DNA of 64,000 nt, taken from NCBI RefSeq assembly GCF_006345805.1, contig NC_043008.1, positions 61,008,001 through 61,072,000 on the forward strand, written 5' to 3'. This document shows positions 24,249 through 36,784 of the stretch, piece by piece (position 1 is the first letter of the stretch; each line of letters opens with the position of its first letter). Below the pieces are notes generated by a model, which saw only the letters and a list, made by a program, of their open reading frames with translations, made no database searches and was not told where the DNA came from. Origin of the DNA: Octopus sinensis. Lineage: Eukaryota. The translations under genes were made by a program, and so were the position numbers.

Positions 24249-24737
24249 TACAAAGTATGGTGAATAAATCGTCGTCTAAATAACGCAGAATTGAAAATAA
24301 CACTGACACCTCATTTTAATAGATATATTTACCAAAATTACATAAATTGTTTTTTTATATACTAAGAGGAAATTTATTCAATAAAATCGCCATTGGCTTC
24401 AACCATGGCCCAGAACGATTCGAAATCTCCCGCAACTGTTCTGGACCATCTCCTTGTTTAAGTTGATGAATTCTGCCTTTATTCTTGCCTTCAGTTCAAC
24501 CTTACGTGCTGTACATGTTCTCAGATTGCATTGTTCTCAAATTGACACGCAACCACCTTGAAATATTGGTACTGGAACTACCGGCACGAATGCCAAACAG
24601 CACAGCGTCATGGTGCATCTTCTCACAGATGGTGCCCAACTGACCTTATTATAATGTGTAGCTGACAAAATCAAAAACAAACAATGCGGCGCATGCGCGA
24701 AATTAAACAAGTTTACATGGAGACAATTTACCCACGC
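24249..24737 (-). mobile_element. Internally deleted Tc1/mariner derivative (copy 2, duplicated)
   Basis: Near-identical to 23102-23593. Confidence 0.7.
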
Positions 24738-24815
24738 ACACACACACACATACATATATGATAGATCGCTAGCCACTAAACCTTTTTGATTTTCTCTTTC
24801 TCTTTATTTCTGTGT

Positions 24816-24854
24816 TCTTTTCTGTTGAAGAGCGTTGGCTCGAAACATAAAAGA
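24816..24854 (+). ncRNA. Variant hammerhead-like motif, copy 2 (duplicated)
   Basis: Identical to 23672-23710. Confidence 0.35.
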
Positions 24855-24993
24855 CTTTCACACTTCTCGAACGTTAAACTAATACATCTGTTTGTTGTTT
24901 AAAAACCCGTCTTTGTCTTTTGTTTTTTCGTAAATTCTCACTATATATATTTGTACATATACATACATACATACACATATATATATATATATA

Positions 24994-25231
24994 TATAAAA
25001 TATTATTAGAGACAAAACCACTATTTTGCAAAACAAACAAGAAAGACTTAATCAATACATAAAATTTTAATATTTATTAAAATTTTATGTATTGATTAAG
25101 TCTTTCCTTGTTTGTTTTGCAAAATAGTGGTTTTGTCTCTAATAATATTTTATAATATTTTACTATAAAATTGATTTAATCCTAAATCTGATTTTTTCCC
25201 TGTAAATTTGATTTATTCCCTAATATTTATT
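24994..25231. mobile_element. (TA)n-anchored foldback element (copy 2)
   Basis: Duplicate of 23851-24090. Confidence 0.75.
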
Positions 25232-25232
25232 A

Positions 25233-25279
<47 letters not shown>

Positions 25280-25286
25280 CTGTAAA

Positions 25287-25745
25287 TCTATATATATATA
25301 CATACATATATAAACGCAAATTGTGTGTTTCGATGTCTGTTTTGTGTTAAGTTGCCGTCTACACCCGTCAACGAATTTTCGTGAAAATTTTCAAACCTGT
25401 TAAATTAACATCCAGTTTGTTACTAGGCTCATAGGAGTTTAATAAAAGTCTATAATTGGATCGCTAGGATCCCTAGAATAGATCACATCTATATCTTTTC
25501 CTTTAACGGCCAAGGAAATTAACCCATTCATTCTCCTCGCCAAGGGAAATAACCCATTCATTTCCCTTTGATCAACTTGCACACTACCAGGTTCAAAGTA
25601 ATGGTCTAGGGATGCAAATTGACAACAGATGGATCGTGCCCTATTGCTGTCTAAAACATTGCAGGCCCATGTGAATGTCGAGTCATACAACCCTATAAAA
25701 TGTATTAAATATGCATGTAAATAGATCAATAAGGGCTCGGAGTTG
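25287..25745 (+). mobile_element. Helitron derivative with decayed Rep (HUH) fragment
   Basis: IDNRWIVPY / LLSKTLQAHVNVESYNPIKCIKYACK*INKGSE (25612-25745) matches the Helitron Rep motif DNRWVVPYNP.L...F.AHINVE.C.S..SIKY..KY..KGSD; a|TCTATATATA start is consistent with a Helitron 5' end. Confidence 0.75.
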
Positions 25746-26690
25746 CACATAACTTCTGAATAATTCCACCTGCCACCGTATGTTGCGATAGAAAACTGAA
25801 GATGACTCCAACAAGCCGGATTCTTCTTTTTGGCTGTATAATTTATCATACAAACTTGTTACATTCGCTTTTATTTATACGTCAATACCATAACCTCTTA
25901 TCAACCTCATACAATTTCACAGCCTCATTTGAAATTTAGTTACTGCTAACTCTTTGTACGTCTCATGAGTGTTTTACGTTGTGATTCGCTTTACTGAACT
26001 ATGAACTTCAACGCCTACAATAAGGTTACAAAAAGAACTTGTTGCTCATGGACCTCTTCTTACTTTTATAATATGTTTCGTGTTTTAGCTCCTCATCTGT
26101 ATTATATATATTTATTCAATTCATTATGATAATTCATTTGATTTTTTTTCCCTTCATAGTGTTAATTTGTTTATTTTCTCCTGGGGCAATTTATAACTTT
26201 TGCTGTGGAAATTCTGTGTGTATATATAAATTATCTGACAGTATTTTTGATGTATATAGTTATAATAGAATCTATAAACATTAGATTCATAAACTTTATA
26301 CATTTAAACTTTATGGCGAAATATAAAAAAAATAATATTAATCTAGCTAAAAGAAAAAGTGTAATATAATTACATACACCAAAATAATTTTGCATATACA
26401 TATGTACGTACACACACAAACACACTCGGACACCGATAAATACATACATACACATTATTATATATATATATGTGGAGACATATAGTATACATATGTACAC
26501 ATACATATGTATGAATATATAATTATAAATAATAAATACATATATATATATGTATGTATATATATTAATATATTCCACATATGTATACACACTCACGCAC
26601 ACACATGCACATACACACATATATATATATAAGATAATATATACAAGATTATATACAAACACACATATGTCTCTTCTCTCTCTCTCTCTC

Positions 26691-26760
<70 letters not shown>

Positions 26761-27069
26761 AAATATAAATATATATATATGTGACAGAGAGGAAGTGAGA
26801 CAGATACACAAACGTGTGTTTTTTGTTTAAATATTGACGTAAGTCAGTACGGAAATTTTTCATATTTGTACGTTCATTTGAACAAATAGGACTTACTGAA
26901 GAAACTGCTTCTGTACACTTCTTTGCAAAACGGTACAGTGACCCCTCATGCTACTGCACCTTACGGCTGAATAGATATGTTATCCCTATTTCCATTGTTT
27001 CAACCAAGCTTCATATATCTAATGCTGGTTAAGAACATTTACATAGTGAATGATAACATTGCTCCTTTA

Positions 27070-27229
27070 TTATTTTAGTTGTTTCAGGCATTTGACTGCG
27101 GCCATGCCGGATCACCGCCTTTAGTCGAGCAAAGAGACTCAGGACTTATTCTTTGTAAGCCTAGTACTTATTCTACCGGTCTCTTTTGCCGAACCGCTAT
27201 GTTACGGGGACACAGACACACATACATAT

Positions 27230-27305
<76 letters not shown>

Positions 27306-27538
27306 GTATGTATATATATATGTGTGTGTGTATGTATGTATATATATATATACATATATATATATACATATATACGACAGGCTTCTTTCAGTTTCTGTCT
27401 ACCATATCCACTCACAAGGCTTTGGCCGGCTCGAGGCTATAGTAGAAGACACTTGCCCAAGGTGCCACGCAGTGGGACTGAACCCAGAACCATGTGTTTG
27501 GTAAGGAAGCTACTTACCACACAGCCACTTCTACGCCA
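27070..27538 (-). mobile_element. SINE family A with expanded internal (CA)/(TA) array
   Basis: Same modules as the other copies. Confidence 0.9.
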
Positions 27539-27724
27539 TTATCTGAAAAGTATTTAAAATGTCGGCCATGTGACAGAGAATAATATATTAAAAATTACTT
27601 TTTGTTTGAAAACGAACTAAATAAATGAAACATGTTTATATATATATATAAATATATATATAAGAAATATTGAATTTTTAAATCTCTCGTAGAGACATGT
27701 ACGGTGGGGGGTGGGGCGATAGAA

Positions 27725-27953
<229 letters not shown>

Positions 27954-28215
27954 ACATGTATACAGGCAATATACACAATGTAAACAGTGTATCGAATTGT
28001 AAGTTTTGTGATGTAACGTCTGTTTACAATTCAAATAGAAACAATTCAATCGAATTGCAAGCCTTTATTTCAATAAAGAGATAAACAGACGAAAAGGATT
28101 CTTATGGCGTTTATCAAAACGTTGGGAGTTGTATAGCACATAAACGCAGAAGCAAAATCATACAGATAACGAAAGGTCATGTGAGCAATATTGGGCCCTG
28201 CATCTATAACATTAA

Positions 28216-28547
28216 TAGGAGTGGCTGTGTGGGAAGTTCCTTGCTTACCAACCACATGGTTCCTGGTTCATTCCCACTCCTGGATACCTTGGGCAAGTGT
28301 CTTCTACTATACCCTCGGCGGCGAGTTGGCAGTATCGTTAGCACGCCGGGCGAAATGCTAGAGGTTATTCGTCTGCCGCTACGTTCTGAGTTCAAATTCC
28401 GCCGAGGTCGACTTTGCTTTTCATCCTTTCTGGATCGATTAAATAAGTACCAATTACGCACTGGGGTCGATATAATCGACTTATTTCGTTTGTCTGTCCT
28501 TGTGTGTCCTCTATGTGTTTAGCCCATTGTGGGTAGTAAAGAAATAG
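28216..28547 (+). mobile_element. Family A head (28216-28316) directly joined to a full family B monomer (28317-28547)
   Basis: ..cttctactataccctc|ggcggcgagttggcagtatcgttagc..aaagaaatag. Confidence 0.85.
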
Positions 28548-29124
28548 TATATATATATATATATATATATATTATTCGAGAGAGAGAAAGAGAGAGAGAT
28601 TATCTTGTCCCAAGAAGCCATTGTAAGCGCTCTCTGAATTAAATATTTAAAATATATAAACAACAAGCATTCACAATGATGCAGCTACGAAACACTCGGA
28701 TTTTCTCTCGGTGAATATATACATAAATATTTGTATCTGAGCACATATTTATGTAAATGTAAGTAGATACATATTTGGTGAGAATGAACATAGTAGCACT
28801 TTCGATCATGAAATTTATAATTTATAATTTAAACACAATTGCAGAGTTGTTAGAAATGAAAAGGTTTATGTATACGACATGCACAACTATTCTGGGAACA
28901 GCTGCAAGAAATACATAATTTTTAATCCATTATTTACTCTAATAACTCTGTAATTACTTTTGAATTTTTAATTCCTGGCACTAAATCGATAGCACTAATG
29001 TTTACTATTCGTTCCATTTCTGTAATACATACCTGCGCATTCAATGATGAACTATTTATAATTATTTATTGCTAAGTAGTTAGAAGACTGCTTTTGTCTT
29101 AGTCGCAGTTTAAGTGGCTATTTT

Positions 29125-29156
<32 letters not shown>

Positions 29157-29164
29157 GCTGGAGT

Positions 29165-29400
29165 TGAACTAGGGACGGCTGATGAAGGGGATTTTTCCTT
29201 GTGTAGTTGTCTTGTACTCTGTGTTTTCGTTGTTAAAGGAATGGTCCGTTCCATGCTGTTTTTACGTTATCGTTTCTCGTTGAGTTCTACGACTATTTTT
29301 GATGTTCTGTACACACGTATATATATTTATATATGCATGTATATATACATGTAGATGTAGGTACGTACATATATGTTTGTATGTATGCATATATTTTATT
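29165..29400 (+). mobile_element. Unclassified interspersed repeat family E (homolog at 40045-40245, minus)
   Basis: agggacggctgatgaaggggatttttccttgtgtagttgtcttgtactctg versus reverse complement agggacaactgaagaaggggaatattccttgtgttgtatgccttgtactctg; shared downstream gtagatgtaggta. Confidence 0.7.
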
Positions 29401-29498
29401 TATTACACTATTGTATGACTGAGCGCCTTCGCGTCGATTCGATTCGATTCGTTGGTTTGGTTTGGTTTCTTCTTCTCTAAGCTGGTTAGATATATATA

Positions 29499-29539
<41 letters not shown>

Positions 29540-30129
29540 TATATATATATAGTTTATGGAATATAGGACTAGAGAAAAAGTTAAAATTATTTTATCAAGA
29601 AGAACATTTCAGTACCAGTTTCATTCATTGTAAATCTGTTTCAACATTAGCGCCACTAAGGGTTATATTAATGGGAACACACAAAAGCCCCTTTCAGACT
29701 TATTTACTTTGAATTGATATTATCTCTCATATCCGATTAGCCTGCTATCACGTAACATGCTTCACAATTTTTGGATACAAACTCATTGGTATTTCCTCCT
29801 AAATTCTATATACAGTGTGAACACATTAAAACCATTTTCAGGGCTACTTTATTTAAATCTTTACTAACTCAGAGTAAAGCATGAAAAACAATTAAATTGT
29901 GGAAAAATTGAATGGAATTATTTTTTCAAAAAATATTCCCATAGTTTTCAAATAGGTGGACATTTTCCTTTTCTCGGTTTCTCTTTTTATCGCAAAAACA
30001 GAAACCAGTACTGAGATGTTCTACATGATAAGTTTACTTCAGAATTTTCTATCATTTCTTATTTTCCTCATATATATCAAATCATGTGTTACTTTTCAAC
30101 CATATATATATACATATATACATATACAT

Positions 30130-30172
<43 letters not shown>

Positions 30173-31552
30173 CATGCGCGCACACACATACATATTAGTA
30201 TTTAGCAGAAGTAACTGTGTGACCAAGACAAGAGAGTTCTTTGGGTTGGCACGTGTATGTGTCTATGTAAACACATATGTATATATATTAATATAATTGA
30301 TAAACTTCCAATCATACACATATGAAGATACTCGTGTACAGGCGTCGATGTGCGTGTATATGAGTATATGTGTGTCTGTCTCTGCACGTGTGATTAGATG
30401 CGATTGTGTGACTGATTTGCATAGTTTTTTTTAGCATAATATCGACTCTAGATCAGTCGCTTTATGACATGCAGGTCGTCTAACAAACGACTGGATATAG
30501 CACTCATCTATATTCTTTACTTCAACGTTTCGATCTTATATTGAAGCTTCAACAGCTCTATTTTGTGGCCTGCAACTCTACAGAGGCTCCCATGTGAAAG
30601 ATGGGCTGACATAAAATACAAAGAGGTGTCTAAATAACCAAATGAATAAGTAATTTGCTACATTGGTTTGTATGCAATAATGAAAAATAATGCTAAGTGG
30701 GCGTCTTCAATATACTTTCATTTAAATAGGTCAGAATTATTTCACATTTATATAAAAATAATTAATCTGAATATATAAGTCGGAATTTGGGTTAGATAAA
30801 CATGCCAAGTTAAATGGGGTATGGTAAAAGAATATAAAATCTAAAACCAATAGTATCAAATATCTTCTTTATCAGATAAATAATATTTCTTTTACTCAGA
30901 TGTATGTGTAGGAGGGTATTTATAATTGAATCATTAAAGAGTTTTAAGAAAAACGGAATATAATTGAAGAAGTTGCAGAAATCAACAAACATTACAATGA
31001 TACGCAAAATGAATTTAGAATAAGATAAACGGAAACGACACGAGATTACATTATAATAGCTTCGTGCAATGATAATATTCTATAGGCACAACCTCACTCT
31101 CTCACTGTCTCTCTCTCTCTCTCTCATCATAATCATCATCATCATCATCTTCATACATACATACACACACACACACACACAAAAACACGTACACACACAT
31201 ACATATAAATATGAGTTTGGAAGTATATATTATAAGGGCGAACACCACATTAGCTCTAGGTTAAATTCCCGCTAACGGCTAACCACTTCGATCGTTATCT
31301 AATGTCTGTTACTAGTTGCTCCGCGAGTTTTTCCGATGGGTAATTCCGTGAACTCTTCCCAGGACGGTAAAAATTGCTTTGATTGTCTAGGATAATGAAT
31401 AATAAAGAATATGGAGACATGTACAATGCACCTAGTTTATTGTAAAATGCTGTATAGAATTATAAAATAAATTTTGTGGATGTACAAGTTTCCATACTCT
31501 TTATTATTAATAATGTCTCTCTCTTTCTCTCTCTCCCCTTCTCACACTCACT

Positions 31553-31584
<32 letters not shown>

Positions 31585-31960
31585 TTATCTATCTATAGAT
31601 TAGGTATTTATATATTAAAAACACATAGGGAATAGCGCACATGCTACTTCTCCCTCTACAGTTTCCCTTTATTCTGGTCTCCCGAACGAGTTTATTAATA
31701 TACCACCATGTTTTTTAAAAAATTGTAATAAAATCCATTGTTCACTCTTTAATCCATAACCTTGTTGATGGTGTCATTTTACACTATTTTGTCTTTTGTG
31801 AAGAATGCAAACTGCTATATTTTCTCTTTATTGACCCGAAGAAAACCTGTATTTTTTTTGCATGATGTAACGCTTTTGTTCAGCAATAAAATCACGCCTG
31901 AAACAGCTGTAGTGGACCTCAACCCATCTGTGTTATTGTTTACACACACACACACACACA

Positions 31961-31995
<35 letters not shown>

Positions 31996-33950
31996 ACGCA
32001 CTCACACATATACGTTTATGAATTTCTGTTGCAAGTTTCCTGATGTGAAATCATGTGTTGAAACAGATTTTGTTACATTTCGAGATTGTCATTTTTGCCT
32101 TTTGCCAAATTAACATGCCCTATACATTCATCCTTCAGTCGTTCCTTACTGATCTTATTACTGTTCTCATTTTATGTTATCTTATGTCAATTGTCCTGAA
32201 GTCCTTCGCCATACATCTGTGACCTTTTCAGCGACCTTTTCAGTCCACGCGTATCCTCATGCTCCGCTTAGAATGGACCTACAAAACGTTTAAAAATTAG
32301 CTGGGAGAGAATACTGTTAATACAAGATGTTTCAAGTTAAGAAACCTGGCCTTCAATGATGCATTGCACTTCTCTTGTTAACAGCAAACTTATCTAACTT
32401 ATGCTAGTTTATAAACAATATTTTTGTAATTTTAACGATCAAAAATATTTAGGTCCACTCCAGGCAGCCAAGTTTACACCCTAGCTCACATAATTGTCTT
32501 TAAACGTCAAACAGGAAGCGTATTGATTACCAAGTTATTAGTGCACCGCTTATTCAGACATGCGATCGAGTGTTCATGTTACTATGAGTCAGTGGTGTAA
32601 ATGTTTACCCCAATATTCCTGTATATATATACCCTTACATTGAGAAATGATATTGAGAATATGCTAGATGGTAAAATTTTCTTGGGATTCGTTCGTTGCC
32701 TAACATGCATTCAGTGTTATTCAACTAAAAAGATATCCATACAGACTGAAGTCATACACCAGACAAAGCATATTTTTCTGACCTCAGCTACTTAATATGA
32801 TTAACTATAAAAGAAGAAATGAGCATTGAGCCATTGAACCGAGTAGGTCCACGAAGTTCTATGAAGAATTATAATATCTAAATGACGAAGAGTATGTCAG
32901 CTGATCTTGGTAGGAAATAACATTTTCAAAATAAAATTAAGCCTGAATAGTTACTTGTTAAGTTTTGTCTTTTTATTTTAAATTTCTACTTCTGGAAGAA
33001 AACTTGAATGTTTTCGGCAATACTCTACTTAGATATTCCTTCCTCTGTACAAGTGAAAATTTTCTTTAGACAGAAGTCGCGTTCTGTTATAAAATGAATT
33101 CAACTTATCCAAGCATGAATCTAAATGTATTTAGATGTGTTCCTTTTTTCTTTTTTTTTTAAAAAAAAAGGAAGTTAACCTCCTCTGCTTCATAATCAGC
33201 ATCGGCATTAAAAAGAGCGGAAAACAACAATAAACAAGAATAATAATACAGAATAACACCTATAACACTATCTAGAGGAATAACAGTTGTACACAGCAAA
33301 AAAAAAAAAAAAAATGTAAAAGTAGGAAGAAACTAAAAGAGGCGACAGCAACAGAAACAAGAAATCAATACTGGTTAATACTGGTGATAAGAGCAGCACT
33401 CGTGGTTGGAACAATTCCGGAAATAGAAAGTATCAAAGTCGAAGAAAATTCTTGAAAACCTTTACAAAAGATGCGTGACTATATATGTGGAAATAACTGT
33501 GAATTACTGCAAATTCCCCGTCAGATAAGAGAGAGATGGTTCTATGGAGTTGGCTGGGGGAGGGGTGTTCATCACTAGTCCCTTGATTTAAATATCTTAA
33601 TGAAGACACCAAATCCGAAAGGTGTTTGTGTGACCGCGTCAAATGGTTGCATGAACTTGCAAAAAAAAAAATATTTTAGAACATGCCTAATGCATTTCTT
33701 TTAAATTACATCGTAACAGAGGTACCAAAAGTTATATTAAGTTTTTTTTTTTGTTTTTATTTTTACATGCTGTTATGATATTTCTCCATTTCAATCCGAA
33801 ATGTAAGTGCAAGAATTCGCTTAAATTTCACGTAGCGAAACTGGTGAAATACTCGCAAGACTGACATGAAAATTTCACTTTTTCACGCAACGTCATGCAA
33901 ATGGTGATAGCTACATATATATACGTGAGTGTGTGTGTGTATGTGTGTGT

Positions 33951-34004
<54 letters not shown>

Positions 34005-34193
34005 GCGTGTGTGTGTGTGTGTGTGCAAGCATTTATTAAATCTAGGGTGTATTATTGCCGCTCAAACATTTACATCACTGCCAGTTACTGTAACTTGAAC
34101 CTGACTAGAAAATTTATAATTGCAATTAATGACTATATGTTTATTGGACAAGGCGCAAATGTAAAACACTCACACACACACACACGCGCGAAC

Positions 34194-34441
34194 GTGGAGG
34201 CGCGTAGCTTAGTGGTTAGTGTGTCAGCATCATGATCGTAAGATCGTGGTTTCGATTATTGAACCGGGCGACGCGTTGTATTCTTGAGCAAAACACTTCA
34301 TTTCACGTTGCTCCAGTCCACTCAGCTGGAAAAAGGAGTAACGCTGCGATGGACTGGCGTCCTGTCCAGCTGGGGAATACATACGCCATAGAAGCCGGGA
34401 AATCGGGCCCATGAGCCTGGCTAGGCTTTAAAAGGGCGCAT
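34194..34441 (+). mobile_element. SINE family D
   Basis: ggaggcgcgtagcttagtggttag..ggtttcgatt..ttcttgagcaaaacacttcatttcacgttgctccagtccactcagctgg. Confidence 0.85.
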
Positions 34442-34774
34442 TTATTATATATAATATATATAATATATATTATATATATATATATATATATAATATATAA
34501 TATATATATATGTAAAATGAGGGAGATAAATTAATATTAATTTTAATATCAATTTAAAACCGTAGTCCAGCATTCAAAAAATCTGAGGAGTCAGAGAAAA
34601 TTCAAATATATGTGTATATTGGCAGGCTGGCCTGCTATGTAGCCGGCCAGAATGCTAGAAGAAGATCATCAACGATCAAACTACAAGGGAAATTCTCTAG
34701 AGGAAGAATTCAGCGAACACCAGAACCAACTTTGGCGGGCAGGACATATGAAAAATTATATAAATAACAGACTT

Positions 34775-34852
34775 AAATGCATACCTCGGTTTCGGTCTTA
34801 ACAAAAGAATTACTTGCATAATTCAAGTGTCCGTGACTTCATCAGTACATTC
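34775..34852 (-). ncRNA. Type I hammerhead ribozyme motif (minus strand)
   Basis: Reverse complement GAATGTA-CTGATGA-AGTC..GACC-GAA-ACC(GA)GGT-A-TGCATTT. Confidence 0.7.
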
Positions 34853-35251
34853 GGTCCTCGAGATGGAAACGCAAGACTAACCCCAGCTCTCTGTGTCAAG
34901 ACAGACACGTGCTTAGTCTTACTGATTACATCGGAATAAAATTTCAAATGTCTTGGTTCCGGCGCGCTGAAGAGACTCCTCAGATTTTTTTAATGCTGGA
35001 CTACTGGTTTTAATTGATATAAAATTAATATTAATTTATCTCCCTCAATTTTAAATATTAAATAAATACGTTCCCTAGTTGTAAGCACTACCCGCAGTGA
35101 ATTATTCACTGCAGCCCTTCGCTTCAGGAGTCTCTCAGCGCGCCGGAACCAAGACATTTGAAATTTTATTCCCGATGTAATCAGTAAGACTAGCAGTGTC
35201 TGTCTTGACACAGAGAGCTGGGGTTAGTCTTGCGGTTTGCATCTCGAGGAC

Positions 35252-35329
35252 TAATGTACTGATGAAGTCACGGACACTTGAATTATGCAAGTAATTCTTT
35301 TGTTAAGACCGAAACCGAGGTATGCATTA
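35252..35329 (+). ncRNA. Type I hammerhead ribozyme motif (plus strand)
   Basis: Stem I TAATGTA/TGCATTA; CTGATGA 35259-65; stem II GTC/GAC with inner ACTTG/CAAGT hairpin; GAAA 35311-14; stem III ACC-GA-GGT; predicted cleavage after GUA (A35322). Confidence 0.72.
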
Positions 35330-36740
35330 AGTCTGTTATTATATAATTTTTCATATGTCCTGCCGCCAAAGTTGGTTCTGGTGTTCGCTGAATTCTTCCT
35401 CTAGAGAATTTCCCTTGTAGTTGATCGTTGATGATCTTCTTCAAGCATTCTGGCCGGCTACCTAGCAGGCCAGCCTGCCAATATACATATATATATATAT
35501 GTATATAAATGTTTTACGTGAGTGTGTATATTCATTCATATAAGTACATTTAGGTATGTTTGTACTGAGTGTCTGTTCATACGAACAGTGTTGTGAATAC
35601 GAACGCGTGCGAATGCATATTAGGAATTCAGAAAATAAAGGAGAAAAATTGCTCATTAACAAATGACTTTCCGTTAATTATCTTTATGTGTTTATTTGTT
35701 AATTTCAAAATGTTTTCAGAGTAATTTTGCTTTTGATCTCGTTGGTATTTTTTATTGCAATTACCAATGTTCAGGTCAATTACCTTCAAATTATGATACT
35801 TGTTAAATGTATTGTTTACTGATAATTATTTAGCGCCAGTTTAGACAAGGATCTCTGAGTACTAGTTTAATTTCAAAATAAGGCTACGCTGCTATGGAAG
35901 AAACAGTTGTTATAAATACTATTCGTAACTTTACACATAGCTTCCAACCATTTTGTGAGCATCTAGGAATAAAGACATAAATATATCTCGGTTTATCAGC
36001 ATACACCTCAAATCTGCATAATCCATATGATAAAGCATTGGTCAAGTCAACGCAAAGCCACAGTTTCTACATTTTTTAGCCGATGACCAATCGCCATTTG
36101 ACTTCGGTGTAGAAGTGCCTCCTTTCTTCTTCCTACCTTTGAGACAGTAGTATTACTGGTAAATTAAATCTGTTTAAATCTGTATATTCACGGTTTGATA
36201 TGAAAGGTTCTAACTTTCAGCTTTATCGATAAATTTGTACACTTTGTCATCCAGACAATGATTTGGTGTTAGTTCAGTACACACCACATTCACTACCAAA
36301 ACTTTTATCGCTACGAATGTTATTTGGTAGTGTTCTGAGCAACCAAACTGATCCTGATCCTATTTCCTTCAGTTCCACTTCGGCAAATCGAAATAAATTG
36401 CTTTTCTGTTTACCAAATAGAGCGCATCTCAAGATCAAAAATAATTCAATCCAAAAAGAACCAGTGAATTTGCCCTTGCATCAGCTGAGTTTCTGCAACA
36501 ATGAAACACCGTTATTTCTGCGTATTTTATCATGTGAAATGTTTCGAATAGTGCGAGCAGTCGCGAAAATTTAGTCGCATGCTCGAATGCACCATCGCCT
36601 GTTACAATTTAAAACGGATAGTATGTCCTTGGTCATTTTCGAAGTCAAAATATGAAGAGAAAAATGGTATGAATCAGATACAAATAGACAGCCAGCATAT
36701 GCACAGACACAGACAAACACACAAATTATATACACACACA

Positions 36741-36784
<44 letters not shown>

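Larger units (their letters stand above)
22941..25260. repeat. Tandem duplication of about 1.15 kb bounded by (TA)n
   Basis: aagtgtgtatatacgtgtttt at 23021 and 24167 (offset 1146); collinear to 24090/25231 with few, mostly indel, differences. Confidence 0.95.
34514..35487. mobile_element. Double interleaved inverted-repeat element (X-Y-X'-spacer-Y') between (TA)n runs; probable Penelope-like pLTR derivative
   Basis: X 34514-34592 pairs with X' 34974-35051; Y 34613-34980 pairs with Y' 35126-35487; hammerhead motif in each Y arm. Confidence 0.85.

Noticed and set aside
30500-30560. Minus-strand CTGTTGA-A..TCGAAACGTT motif
   Set aside because: Stem I cannot form and stem II is poor; at most a decayed relic.
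31861-31915. GAAACAGCTGTA half-hammerhead
   Set aside because: The upstream core is ATGATGT and there is no stem I; not a foldable ribozyme.
36263-36574. 103-aa ORF and its antisense frame
   Set aside because: No ATG start, no recognisable motif, and candidate exon boundaries contain stops in all frames.
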